DNA of 64,000 nt from an uncultured Eubacteriales bacterium (GCA_902797845.1 CADBUJ010000066.1:1399-65398); one strand, 5' to 3'; shown: positions 9,646 to 19,385, counted from the stretch's first letter. Translations and numbers: made by a program. Notes: generated by a model not told the origin, from the sequence alone.

Positions 9646-11025
9646 ATGGATGCGGCTTTTTTATTCAGCATGCTTATGGTCATTGTTGTTCTTCTGGGGG
9701 AGCTTGTTTTGCGGATAAAAGGCAGGGGCCTCTGCGGAAGAAGACCTTTCTCTGCCCTTTCTGCATTTGTCTACGGCATCATTCCCTTTAAAGGAAAGAA
9801 AGACAGAGACAGGAGAAGCGATACGGAACGGCTGGGAATATTTATTACTTTTTTGTTTTTTGTAAATGTTCTGTCCGTCGTGATGGGGATCAAAGATATG
9901 GCATCCTCCCGGGAGATAACAGACAACACTCTTTTTAGGGGAGAAGCAGGGGGAGACACTAAAACAGTGGTCCTTGAGGCAAAGGGAGAAGGAATAGAAG
10001 AGGAGATCAGCTTCGAAGTGGAACCGAGGCAGTTATCATATGAGGAAGCTCAAAGGTATTTAGATAATGCCGGGGAAACGATTTTAAAGGAAGTTAAGGG
10101 CGAAAACAAAAGTCTGGAAAAGATAACCAAGGACCTGAACTTTGTCCGGACGCTGGAAAACGGAATGGTTGATGTCAGATGGATCCCGAAAGATCCTGAG
10201 CTTATAGACAGAAACGGAAAGATAAATACAGAAGCGCTTTCTTCCGAGTACGGAACAGCCACTTCAGTTTCCGCCATTTTAAGGGCGGGCACTGAGGAGA
10301 GGGAAACAGATATACATTTGGTCCTTTATAAAGCCTCTTCCAAAATGCCTTTCAGGGAACAGCTGCTTTATCTGTTGGAAGAAAAGGAAAAAAGCACCCG
10401 TGAAAACGGAGAGTTAAAACTGCCCGAGGAAATAGACGGCAGAAAAATAAGCTGGTCTGTTAAGGACGATGTGGGGCAAAAGGAGATACTGGCAGCAGGG
10501 TTGCTTATTATATGCCTGCTTCCGGTGGCGTGGATCCGAAAGAACAGAATTAAAGAAGAGGCAGCAGCAAAAGAGTTAAAAGAGGATTATCCGGATTTTG
10601 CATATAAGCTTGTCCTTTATCTTGATTCAGGTGTGGGAATAGCAAACAGCCTCTCCATGATACTTCGGGACATGGAAAAGAGAGGTTATACAGAAAGAAG
10701 ACTGCCTTTGGAATTAAGAAGATTAGTTGAAGATATAAGAAACGGAGGTGATATGGAAAAGGCCCTGGAGGGATTCGGAAATGCCTGCGGCTTTGTGGAA
10801 TATATGAGACTTTCAGGAATGGTATCCCATTTTGCAGCTACAGGAGACAGGGATATCAAAAGGGCTTTATCGGATACCGGCAGGGAAGCAATGATGATCA
10901 AAAACGAATTGCTGAAAAGAAAGGGTGAGGAGGCATCACTGAAACTTCTCGGACCCATAATGCTGCTAATGGTCTCAGTGATGATCGCAGTTATGTTTCC
11001 CGCCCTAAGCACCATCAGTTTTTAA
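9646..11025 (+). CDS. TadC-like T2SS F-family membrane protein with a large inserted soluble domain
   Basis: ATG 9646 lies 2 nt after the TadB stop. The C-terminal part (DYPDFAYKLVLYLDSGVGIANSL ... terminal TM) is GspF-like. About 300 aa of charged domain precede it. Confidence 0.6.
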   Translation: MDAAFLFSMLMVIVVLLGELVLRIKGRGLCGRRPFSALSAFVYGIIPFKGKKDRDRRSDTERLGIFITFLFFVNVLSVVMGIKDMASSREITDNTLFRGEAGGDTKTVVLEAKGEGIEEEISFEVEPRQLSYEEAQRYLDNAGETILKEVKGENKSLEKITKDLNFVRTLENGMVDVRWIPKDPELIDRNGKINTEALSSEYGTATSVSAILRAGTEERETDIHLVLYKASSKMPFREQLLYLLEEKEKSTRENGELKLPEEIDGRKISWSVKDDVGQKEILAAGLLIICLLPVAWIRKNRIKEEAAAKELKEDYPDFAYKLVLYLDSGVGIANSLSMILRDMEKRGYTERRLPLELRRLVEDIRNGGDMEKALEGFGNACGFVEYMRLSGMVSHFAATGDRDIKRALSDTGREAMMIKNELLKRKGEEASLKLLGPIMLLMVSVMIAVMFPALSTISF

Positions 11026-11037
11026 GGAGGAGAAGGG

Positions 11038-11205
11038 ATGGAACATATAAAAAGTTTTATAAAAGAAGAAGACGGAGTAGGAGTGGTGGAAGTGGTACTG
11101 ATCCTGGTCGTACTGATCGGCCTTGTGATCATTTTCAGGGATCAGCTTCAGGCACTGGTAGATAAATTATTTAAACGCGTTAACAGTGATGCAACAGCTC
11201 TTTAA
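11038..11205 (+). CDS. flp: Flp-family type IVc pilin precursor (55 aa, absent from the ORF track)
   Basis: AAGGAGGAG RBS then ATG 11038. Hand translation: MEHIKSFIKEEDGVGVVEVVLILVVLIGLVIIFRDQLQALVDKLFKRVNSDATAL. Charged leader, G/VGVVE cleavage-type motif, hydrophobic helix. Confidence 0.75.
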   Translation: MEHIKSFIKEEDGVGVVEVVLILVVLIGLVIIFRDQLQALVDKLFKRVNSDATAL

Positions 11206-12685
11206 ACGGAGAGCCGGCTACATGACCGTTTTTCTTACCATGCTTCTGGGCGTGATGATCTTTTTTCTCCTGGCCGTATACTCCGCTGTAAAAATCGACG
11301 GAGGGAAAAAGGATGCACTTATGAGAAGTGCCGTGAGTGTGCGGGGGATCCTGGGAGATCACTGCAGGCCTTTGTGGGACAGGTATGGAATACTGGCCAT
11401 AGACGGAGGCTATGACACAGGATCCTTAAGGTTTTCGGTTATGGAAAACAGGATCAGGGATCTTATAAACAAGAATGATTCTCTTATGCCATACGCAGGG
11501 GATGATGTTTTTGCTGAAGAGGTGGAAATAAAGCAGGCGGAGATGCTGATAGAGAGCTCGGGGCGCAATATGAAGGATGCCATCGGAGATTATGTGAGGG
11601 AAAGACTTGCTGTAAGAGCTGCAGCAGAGCTCTTCAGGGGCGTGGATGATGCAAATGAGGCACTTGAGAAAAAGGATTCCATGGTTGATGAGCTGGAGGA
11701 AGGGAAGAGGACAGAGGAGGATTATTACAGGGAAGCAGAAGGCACCTCCATGGAAGGTGAGACGGGCGAAGTGGCGCAAGACCCGGGCGATGTAAAGGAA
11801 GATGAGGATCCCAGAATAAGCATGAATAAACTTATGCGAAAAGGTTTTTTTGCGCTGGTCCTGCCGAAGGACTTCTCCCTGTCCCAAAGAAAAGCCGATC
11901 TAAGCTGCTGTTACAGGGAAGGAGCAAAAGGTGCAACCATGTTCATTTCCGATTTCAGATCTTATGACGATGTTGCCGGCGGCCTTTCCTCTTTCGGAGG
12001 ATTCTTCGAAAAGGCAGAGGAGGATATTTATCTAAACGAATATATTTTGGGAGTATTGGGTAATGCATTGTCTTTAAAGGAAGATACTTGTCTGGATTAT
12101 GAAACAGAATTCATCATCGGAGGCACAGCGTCTGATGAGGAAAATCTTAAGAAGACATTGAATAAGATCCTCTTACTGAGGACATCTCTCAATGGGGCCC
12201 ACATTCTGTCAGACAGCGTAAAATCCGGAGAAGCCAGTGCCGCAGCAACAGCTCTCACGCTGTGGTGGCCTCCTCTGCAGCCGGGAGTTTATATGCTTAT
12301 AGTTTCGGCCTGGGCTTATGGGGAAGGCCTTATAGATGTAAGGACACTGATGAAAGGCTATGGCGTACCCATGATCAAAAATGCATCCGAATGGAAATTG
12401 TCCTTTTCCGGGCTTTTAGCCGTTACAGAGACGGGCATTGACAGTCTGACGGGAGATGGAAGCAGAGGTCCGGGATATGAAGGGTATCTGAGGCTTTTAT
12501 TATATGCCATGGGAGAAACGGAAAAATACGAAAGGCTGGCCGGCATCATAGAGGCAAATATAAAAACAGTCCCCGGGTATAAGGAGTTCTGCATCAGAAA
12601 TGCAGTTACAGGTATAGATGCGGACTGCAGATATCACATCAACAGATTCGGCCCGTATACGGTCAATTACAAAGTCAGATATTAG
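11186..12685 (+). CDS. TadG/DUF5702-like pilus-associated protein
   Basis: N-terminus RRAGYMTVFLTMLLGVMIFFLLAV resembles the TadE/G-like N-terminal anchor. Large soluble domain with an acidic linker. GTG 11186 / ATG 11189 overlap the flp stop. Confidence 0.45.
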   Translation: MMQQLFKRRAGYMTVFLTMLLGVMIFFLLAVYSAVKIDGGKKDALMRSAVSVRGILGDHCRPLWDRYGILAIDGGYDTGSLRFSVMENRIRDLINKNDSLMPYAGDDVFAEEVEIKQAEMLIESSGRNMKDAIGDYVRERLAVRAAAELFRGVDDANEALEKKDSMVDELEEGKRTEEDYYREAEGTSMEGETGEVAQDPGDVKEDEDPRISMNKLMRKGFFALVLPKDFSLSQRKADLSCCYREGAKGATMFISDFRSYDDVAGGLSSFGGFFEKAEEDIYLNEYILGVLGNALSLKEDTCLDYETEFIIGGTASDEENLKKTLNKILLLRTSLNGAHILSDSVKSGEASAAATALTLWWPPLQPGVYMLIVSAWAYGEGLIDVRTLMKGYGVPMIKNASEWKLSFSGLLAVTETGIDSLTGDGSRGPGYEGYLRLLLYAMGETEKYERLAGIIEANIKTVPGYKEFCIRNAVTGIDADCRYHINRFGPYTVNYKVRY

Positions 12686-12704
12686 AAAGGAGGTGCAGAT
12701 ACAG

Positions 12705-13616
12705 ATGGCCTGGTCACACAGATCCAATATTATTTTTTCTTCTCCCCCTAAGAAAAGCACAAGGGGAATATGTCATGTCCGATGGATGGCAGCAGTTAAG
12801 TATAGATTTCATAAACACCATACAGAAATAAAAGAAAAGCAAAAGACAATGGTAAATAGGCCATCTGCATCTGCATCTCTTAAAGGAAGCATAACGGTGG
12901 AGGCTACTCTGGGACTCCCGCTTTTTATCATGGCCATGATTGTTCTGTCCATGGCAATACGCATCCATTCCATAGATTCCGGGATCAGCGACAGCCTTAT
13001 TTCCGCTTCCGTTTATGCAGAAGCGACGGAAGGGGGTGCAGAGCTTGCAGGAGCATCGGCATATCTTATGTCCTCCGTAACAGATGAGAAAGAAAGGGAG
13101 CCATTCTTCCATAGGAAGGTGATGCAAACGACTCCGCTTGTCTTGGGAGACGGAGATATGGCGTCTGTTTCCTGCATCACAGAAATATCAGGGATCAGCA
13201 CATTCGGTATAGGAATCATCCAAAAGGATCAGAGTGCATATGTGCCTCTTTTTATGGGATACGAACCCGGAACTGCAGAGGATACCGGAGAAGAGGAATA
13301 TATAAGAGCTTATATGACAGAATACGGAAGCGTATACCATATAAATATCGGATGCACATATCTCACAAGAAGACCAAAGGCATTAGAGCATGCTCTGGTG
13401 GGAAATGAAAGAAACAGCGGAGGCGGGAAGTACTATCCATGCAGGTTTTGCAGAAAAGCAGGAGAAAACGGCACATCAGTTGTATGGGTGACGGAATACG
13501 GGGACAGATATCATTGGGCGGCAGACTGCAAGGCGCTTAGGCCCGTTTACAAAGAAGTGATGATCAAAAAGGAAGGCAGTATAAGATGCTGCTCAAAGTG
13601 CGGGAATGGCAGCTGA
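12705..13616 (+). CDS. TadE-like pseudopilin with duplicated His/Cys-rich C-terminal module
   Basis: GGAGG sits 11 nt before ATG 12705 (alternative start ATG 12849). LKGSITVEATLGLPLFIMAMIVL is a TadE-type motif. The C-terminus carries VYHINIGC...YPCRFC and RYHWAADC...CCSKC. Confidence 0.5.
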   Translation: MAWSHRSNIIFSSPPKKSTRGICHVRWMAAVKYRFHKHHTEIKEKQKTMVNRPSASASLKGSITVEATLGLPLFIMAMIVLSMAIRIHSIDSGISDSLISASVYAEATEGGAELAGASAYLMSSVTDEKEREPFFHRKVMQTTPLVLGDGDMASVSCITEISGISTFGIGIIQKDQSAYVPLFMGYEPGTAEDTGEEEYIRAYMTEYGSVYHINIGCTYLTRRPKALEHALVGNERNSGGGKYYPCRFCRKAGENGTSVVWVTEYGDRYHWAADCKALRPVYKEVMIKKEGSIRCCSKCGNGS

Positions 13617-14031
13617 AATGATATTTAAAACACTGGCACTTATAATGACTGCCCTGGAGGGTATAAGGGATCTAAGGACAGGCGGGATATCCCCTGCAGC
13701 CGTGGCATGCTTTGCCGTACCCGGTGCCTGTTTTAAGGGCATGACAGGAGAGCCTCTATTTACGCTTCTTTCCGGAATGATTCCGGGGATGATCCTTATG
13801 GGAACAGCATTTGTTACAAGGGATAAACTGGGATACGGAGACGGCATTCTGTATTTGGGAATAGGTCTGCTGGTTGGGCTGTATCTGACTCTTGTGATCC
13901 TTTTTGTATCATTATTATTGGCAGGTACTACGGGAATGATCTTAATGGCTTTTGGAAAGCTCCGATTTAAAGACAGTCTGCCGTTCGGCCCGTTTACAGC
14001 GGTAGCGTGCCTGGGGGTGATCTTTATATGA
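13606..14031 (+). CDS. A24 family prepilin peptidase, copy 2
   Basis: 141 aa polytopic protein with Asp motifs IRDLRTGGI and GYGDGIL. Overlaps the upstream stop. Confidence 0.7.
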   Translation: MAAEMIFKTLALIMTALEGIRDLRTGGISPAAVACFAVPGACFKGMTGEPLFTLLSGMIPGMILMGTAFVTRDKLGYGDGILYLGIGLLVGLYLTLVILFVSLLLAGTTGMILMAFGKLRFKDSLPFGPFTAVACLGVIFI

Positions 14032-14492
14032 ATAAAATACGGAAAAAAGATCAAAAGGGCAGCATCACAGTGGAAGCGTGCGTGATCGTCCCCATAACAG
14101 TGATTCTCTTTATGATCACAGTATGCCTGGTACTTTTTGTTTATGATCACATGATAATGAAACATGCTGCAGGAAAATTGGCCATAAGACTTGCAGAGGC
14201 ATATGCTCTTGATCTCGAAGGAGAAGATATCATAGAAGAGATGACAGCAGAGCTGGAAAAAACCTTTATCATCTCGTGCGATCCCGTAATAAATGTGGAA
14301 AGAGAAGGAGAATGGATGGGGGTAGGAAAAAGCTTTAAAGTGACCATATCAGCAGGCATAAAAAAACAGCTTTCTTTTTTCGGAAGCACATTTTTTAGAG
14401 AGCATTCGGTATATGGAGCGAGCTATATGTGGGATCTTAAAAGCTACAGATTCTTAATGGAAAACGGAAAGGAGATCACAGGAACGGAATAA
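14028..14492 (+). CDS. TadE-like pseudopilin
   Basis: ATG 14028 overlaps the peptidase stop (ATGA). The N-terminus MNKIRKKDQKGSITVEACVIVPITVILFMI is a TadE-type G/SITVE motif plus TM helix. Confidence 0.6.
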   Translation: MNKIRKKDQKGSITVEACVIVPITVILFMITVCLVLFVYDHMIMKHAAGKLAIRLAEAYALDLEGEDIIEEMTAELEKTFIISCDPVINVEREGEWMGVGKSFKVTISAGIKKQLSFFGSTFFREHSVYGASYMWDLKSYRFLMENGKEITGTE

Positions 14493-14495
14493 TTT

Positions 14496-15626
14496 ATGGA
14501 AAACATTTCAGGCAGAAGAAAAGAGATATTGGTAATAAAGCAAAAGGATAGAAGAGATCATACCCTGGAGGAAAGGATGCTGGAAAATGTCTGCGGCTGT
14601 ACGATACTGCCGATGACAGTACGGGAAAGAGACGGAGAGAAAAGCTATATTTATAACATCGGAAAGGGCAGGTGCCTGGCCGATTTGACGGATCAGGGGA
14701 TTTCTGCGGATATGGCTTTTAAGGTCTTAAATACACTGAAAGACTACAGGAAAGATTGCGGTAACTATTTTCTGGATCCATGCGGGATGATATTGGAGCC
14801 CAGGAAAATATTTGAAGATGAGAACGGAATTAAATTTCTTTATAAACCCGGGCAGAAAAGCGAGATAAAGGAAGAGATCAGAAAGCTTTGTACATTTTTC
14901 TTTAAAAATGCAGATTACAGTAACGGAGAATTGCTTGATATCCTCCAAAAGGCAATGATGGATCTGTCAAAGGAGGATTTTTCACTGGAAATGCTTGGCT
15001 GCTCCGGAGAAGAAAAGGAAGAACAAAGGCAGCAGTTGAAAGCCGGTTCCCGGGAAAGCGATGTCTATCATAATACATTTTTATACCTTCCGGATAATGC
15101 GGATGAAGAGCCGGAGGGGGCAGAGGAATCTGCAGTAAAGATATCCGAAAGAATACAGGATAATTATGTAAAAGAAAGATCTCAAAAATTCTTAAAAGGT
15201 ATACGGGGAAGAATAGGAACAGTATTTAAAAAGGAAAGGGAAGATGACTTTTGGGATCCTGAAGAGGCAGATGAGATCATATTCCATAACGGAATCCCTT
15301 CTTTTGTAAAAGAAAACCCGGATATACATATAGTTCTGAGAAATACGGAAGACAGAAGAGAAGTGCACGAGGTGGCATCTTTCCCTGCATCCATAGGGAA
15401 AACGCCCGGTGAAGCAGATGTTGTAATAAAGGATTCCTTTGTTGATAAAAGGCATGCGCTTATGGAATATGACGGAGGAATAGTTTCTTTGCGGGATCTT
15501 GGATCTGTATACGGAACATATGTAAACGGAAAGAAAATAAAAAAGAATGCAGCGGTGGAGATCAGGGACGGAGACAAGGTGGGCTTTGCCGGAATGAGCT
15601 ACGAAGCCGGATTTATAAGAGCATAG
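14496..15626 (+). CDS. FHA domain protein (C-terminal FHA, N-terminal domain of unknown function)
   Basis: C-terminus FPASIGKTPGEADVVIKDSFVDKRHALMEY...LRDLGSVYGTYVNGKKI...IRDGDKVGFAG matches FHA core motifs (G-R/K, S-xx-H, N-G). Confidence 0.75.
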   Translation: MENISGRRKEILVIKQKDRRDHTLEERMLENVCGCTILPMTVRERDGEKSYIYNIGKGRCLADLTDQGISADMAFKVLNTLKDYRKDCGNYFLDPCGMILEPRKIFEDENGIKFLYKPGQKSEIKEEIRKLCTFFFKNADYSNGELLDILQKAMMDLSKEDFSLEMLGCSGEEKEEQRQQLKAGSRESDVYHNTFLYLPDNADEEPEGAEESAVKISERIQDNYVKERSQKFLKGIRGRIGTVFKKEREDDFWDPEEADEIIFHNGIPSFVKENPDIHIVLRNTEDRREVHEVASFPASIGKTPGEADVVIKDSFVDKRHALMEYDGGIVSLRDLGSVYGTYVNGKKIKKNAAVEIRDGDKVGFAGMSYEAGFIRA

Positions 15627-15729
15627 AGGCTTTTCCTGTATACGGATAAGACAAAGCTGTTGAAAGGGAAGGAAACTTTAAGTAAAATTTCTTTGAAAAG
15701 ATCTTATGTTTTAAGAAAGGATAAAAGAA

Positions 15730-16149
15730 ATGACTAAAGATCCTGATTGCATTTTTTGCAAGATAGCTAACGGAGACATCCCTTCGGATACAGTATTTGA
15801 AAACGAGGAATTCAGGGTTATCCTTGACCTTAACCCTGCAACAAAGGGCCATGCGCTGGTGCTTCCGAAATATCATTTTACAAATATATATGACATGGAA
15901 AGCGGATATACAGGGAGAGCCTTTGAAACGGCGAGAAGTGTTGCCCTTGCCATGAAAAATGGATTAAACTGCGAAGGAGTAAATGTCATACAGAACAATG
16001 AAGCCTTGGCAGGACAAAGCGTGTTCCATTTCCATATACATGTTATTCCCAGGTATAAGGATGACGGGCAGCAGGTACTCTGGAAGCCCGGTAAGAGTGA
16101 TCCTGAGGAACAGAAGAAACTGGCAGAGACCATAGGAAATGCCATGTAA
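15730..16149 (+). CDS. HIT family (histidine triad) nucleotide hydrolase
   Basis: CIFCKI N-terminus and the histidine triad HFHIHVIPR. Confidence 0.9.
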   Translation: MTKDPDCIFCKIANGDIPSDTVFENEEFRVILDLNPATKGHALVLPKYHFTNIYDMESGYTGRAFETARSVALAMKNGLNCEGVNVIQNNEALAGQSVFHFHIHVIPRYKDDGQQVLWKPGKSDPEEQKKLAETIGNAM

Positions 16150-16182
16150 GAACATATGCGTTAATAAGTAATCATTTCAAAG

Positions 16183-16214
16183 AAAAGCCCGACGGATCAT
16201 TCCGCCGGGCTTTA
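16183..16214. terminator. Bidirectional intrinsic terminator between convergent HIT and yhfZ-like genes
   Basis: AAGCCCGACGG-loop-CCGCCGGGCTT stem flanked by A-run and T-run. Confidence 0.65.
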
Positions 16215-16251
16215 TATATACCCCAAGGGCTTTAAGACTCTAAAGAAGAGA

Positions 16252-17181
16252 TCAGTAGGAAGGTATGAGTTTCTGCTCTATAACATCCTTTTGTATCTTG
16301 CTTATTTTTTTAATATTAAGAACAGCTTTAATAACATTTTTTGCAGGACTGTCCTTTTTTACAAGGATCGCTGCATCCTCGGCAGGAGATATTGATTTCT
16401 CCAGTTCTCCGGCAGCAGGGATCATGGAACAGTTCTCTATGCCCGCATTTCTGATATTATCGAAGGACCATACGGTAGCATCGATCTCTCCCTTGACCAG
16501 CTTGGGCAATATCTGGGAGTACTTAAGCCTTACAAACTTAACATCTTTGCTGCCTGCTGCCAGCTTATTCAGATTGACATGATCCACTGAGTCTTCGTCA
16601 ACTCCCAGTCTCATGCCGTCTTCTATTTCTGTCTGGCCCTTTCTGCTGAAAATGATCCCGCTTAAAGAAACATAAGTCTTAGGCCCGAATTCTGCCAGCA
16701 GTTCCAGATCGTCATATGATGACAGAGCGGCCTGAGCGGCCATTTTGGAACATACGGCGAAGTCCATTTTTCCTTCTTTTAGATAATCGATACGCGCTTT
16801 TCCGCCTCTTACATAGGAGAGCTTTAATAAAACACCGGCATCGTCGAAGTTTTCATAAAGTCCGGTAGCCAGCCCCTCTAAAGCAGCAGAATAGAGAAGC
16901 GGCATTTCGCCGGTTATCCATGGAGTCGGAGAAAGATTGAATAATTTGACATAATCAATTTCCTCCACAACTGTACCCTGATGTCCGTGGGATTCCAGAG
17001 TAAGAGCTCCTGCTTCCTCAAAGTATTTTAAAGCGGATTGAATAGTCCCGGCACCGGCCTTAAGCTGATTTGCTAACACCTGGTTGGTGGGGATCGTATC
17101 CTTCTTCTCTAAGAGAAGAAGGATACGGGACATTTTCATTATTACTTCGCCTTGCTTTGAGAGTAATTGATCATGTATCAT
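16252..17181 (-). CDS. YhfZ-like putative transcriptional regulator (N-terminal HTH plus substrate-binding-like domain)
   Basis: N-terminal HTH-like TNQVLANQLKAGAGTIQSALKYFEEAGAL. AAAGGGG RBS precedes ATG 17181. Last gene of the RLP operon. The family call is from memory of YhfZ proteins. Confidence 0.45.
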   Translation of the reverse strand: MIHDQLLSKQGEVIMKMSRILLLLEKKDTIPTNQVLANQLKAGAGTIQSALKYFEEAGALTLESHGHQGTVVEEIDYVKLFNLSPTPWITGEMPLLYSAALEGLATGLYENFDDAGVLLKLSYVRGGKARIDYLKEGKMDFAVCSKMAAQAALSSYDDLELLAEFGPKTYVSLSGIIFSRKGQTEIEDGMRLGVDEDSVDHVNLNKLAAGSKDVKFVRLKYSQILPKLVKGEIDATVWSFDNIRNAGIENCSMIPAAGELEKSISPAEDAAILVKKDSPAKNVIKAVLNIKKISKIQKDVIEQKLIPSY

Positions 17182-17195
17182 CTGCGGCCCCTTTA

Positions 17196-18728
17196 TCAGC
17201 CCTGAAGCTTTTTAAGAGTCTGGAATACAGGATACATTCCGCCCTTTACGAGCTCCTGCTGTACCTCGTAAACTTCCTGGTATTTTGCAGTATTCTCTGC
17301 GTTGGGATCATATTCGCCAAGAACACCGAGTGTCTTTAATACGGTCTCGCCAAGGTCATCGATATCACCTACAGCATAAGCTGCAAGAAGAGCATCCACC
17401 ATAACGGCGCCTTCTTTTCTCTTCATGGTGGTTACGTGTGCATCAAGCATATCAGCCTTGATCTGATTCCAGAGATCAGACTTGGAACCGCCCTCTGTGA
17501 TGATAACTTCATCAACAGGGATGCCGTTTGCCTTAAGGGAATCTGTAAGTCCCTTGTATTCGTAAGCGATGGACTCAAGGAGAGCTCTCCACATTTCGCC
17601 TCTGGTGGTGTTCATGGTCATATTAAGGAAGCATCCGCTTGCACCGTCAAGTGTTCCTGTACCGCCTGTAAGATAAGGCATAAAGATAGTTCCGTTGGAT
17701 CCTGCAGGCACCTGAGATGCTTCTGCCTGGATCTCATCGTAGAAGCTGTTGTCGTCTACTCTTCCGCAGATATTGTCTCTGAACCAGCGAAGAGAAAGAC
17801 CGCCTGTTCTTATATAACCCCAGTAGAAATATGTATCGGGAAGAGTTCCGATGGAGAACAGAAGATCTGTGTTCTTTGTAAGATCCTCGTTGATGCCGTC
17901 AACCATTATGGTAAACATGGCAGCAGTTCCGGCAACGTCTGCAGCCATACCTGCCTTAACAAGTCCGCAGCCGATATTGCTCTGCATGGTGTCGCCGGCG
18001 CCGGCAGCAATAGGGATACCTGCGGGAAGACCCGTTGCAGCAGCAGCTTCTTCTGTAAGAGTTCCTATTATATCGTAGGGCTTAACGATCTTGGGAAGAT
18101 ACTCCATAGGGATCTCAAGCTCATCCATCTGTCTCTTTGACCATTCCTTCTTGATGGCATCATAACCGATAAGCCATCCTGAAAGAGTAGCCCAGTCTAT
18201 ACAGATATCGTCTGCCTTAAGGCCTGCCAGTCTTGAAAGAACATAAGGGCCGTTGTTGATAAACTTGGCGCCTCTCTCCTGGAAATCCTTATTGTTCTTA
18301 AGGAACCATCTTGCAATAAGGGGAGGATCAAAAGGATCAACAGCGTTATTTCCGCTTTCTTCAATCCAGTAAGGCTCGCAGTTTGCCTTTACCCACTCAG
18401 CATCCTCTGCACATCTGGAATCCAGATAAGGGATATAAGGAGTGATGGCCTTGCCGTCTTTGTCTACACCGAGGATACCGCAGATGATGCCGTCGCCTGA
18501 GATGGCGCGTACTTCGTTGGGATCGATACCGCTCTTGTCAAGGCAGTTCTTGATGCCCTTAAGTACGGAATCAAGATATTTGTCTGCATCCATTTCTGCC
18601 CAGCCTGCCTGAGGATAGCTTATCTCGGTGGGGATCATATCTTCTGCAACGCAGTCGAAGTTGTCGTTGTAGATAGTTGTTTTTGTACTCTGTGTACCAC
18701 AGTCAAAACCGATATAGTATTTGCTCAT
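17196..18728 (-). CDS. FGGY family carbohydrate kinase (xylulokinase-like)
   Basis: N-terminus YIGFDCGTQSTK and C-terminal TEGGSKSDLWNQIKADM are the FGGY signatures. 510 aa. Confidence 0.85.
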   Translation of the reverse strand: MSKYYIGFDCGTQSTKTTIYNDNFDCVAEDMIPTEISYPQAGWAEMDADKYLDSVLKGIKNCLDKSGIDPNEVRAISGDGIICGILGVDKDGKAITPYIPYLDSRCAEDAEWVKANCEPYWIEESGNNAVDPFDPPLIARWFLKNNKDFQERGAKFINNGPYVLSRLAGLKADDICIDWATLSGWLIGYDAIKKEWSKRQMDELEIPMEYLPKIVKPYDIIGTLTEEAAAATGLPAGIPIAAGAGDTMQSNIGCGLVKAGMAADVAGTAAMFTIMVDGINEDLTKNTDLLFSIGTLPDTYFYWGYIRTGGLSLRWFRDNICGRVDDNSFYDEIQAEASQVPAGSNGTIFMPYLTGGTGTLDGASGCFLNMTMNTTRGEMWRALLESIAYEYKGLTDSLKANGIPVDEVIITEGGSKSDLWNQIKADMLDAHVTTMKRKEGAVMVDALLAAYAVGDIDDLGETVLKTLGVLGEYDPNAENTAKYQEVYEVQQELVKGGMYPVFQTLKKLQG

Positions 18729-18743
18729 TAAATAAGTCTCCTT

Positions 18744-19376
18744 TCACAAAAGTTCTTTAAAAGAGGTTATAAATCTGCTGCTGTAGGGTTTGATCTTTTC
18801 GTAATCACCCTGGGAAACTCCGTCATACACACCGACCACATCGAAGCCTGCGGATGATGCGACCCGCGCGGCATCGGGAGAATCCTCGAATACAGTACAT
18901 TCCGATGGCTGTGCGCCGGTCCTTTCGGCACATATGAGATATATCTCCGGACTGCTCTTATCGGTGGTTATATCCTCGATGGATATGATGTGATCGAAAT
19001 ATCCTATTATTCCGGTACGCTCAAGGGCGGGCATTATAAAATCCCTTTCCATAGCGGTTGCAAGACATATGTGCTTGCCTTCCGTTTTGAGCTTTTCCAG
19101 ATATTCCGTTACATATTCCCTAAGGGGGATCACCTTGTGGTAATTGACGCCCATTCTGGACCGCCATGCCTTAACGATATCCATAACATCATCTTCCAGG
19201 GAAAACTTTTCCTTGAAGAAGGCGGCTCCGTTCTTTACGCCCATGGGCTTTACTATATCGAAGATATCGTCCTGGGCGGGGAAGCCTCTCTTAATAAGAT
19301 CGTTGTTCATGGTCTCGATCCAGTATTTGGGAGAATCAAAGATCGTTCCGTCAAAATCAAATATGGCAGTTTTCAT
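18744..19376 (-). CDS. HAD superfamily phosphatase
   Basis: Motif I AIFDFDGTIFDS (DxDxT), with later FEDSPDAARVA motifs. 210 aa. Confidence 0.85.
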   Translation of the reverse strand: MKTAIFDFDGTIFDSPKYWIETMNNDLIKRGFPAQDDIFDIVKPMGVKNGAAFFKEKFSLEDDVMDIVKAWRSRMGVNYHKVIPLREYVTEYLEKLKTEGKHICLATAMERDFIMPALERTGIIGYFDHIISIEDITTDKSSPEIYLICAERTGAQPSECTVFEDSPDAARVASSAGFDVVGVYDGVSQGDYEKIKPYSSRFITSFKELL

Positions 19377-19385
19377 ATTATTTCC

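Noticed and set aside
13593-14165. 190-aa minus-strand ORF
   Set aside because: Antisense to the second prepilin peptidase, which has both catalytic Asp motifs and fits the operon direction.
17436-18140. 234-aa plus-strand ORF
   Set aside because: Antisense to the FGGY kinase gene.
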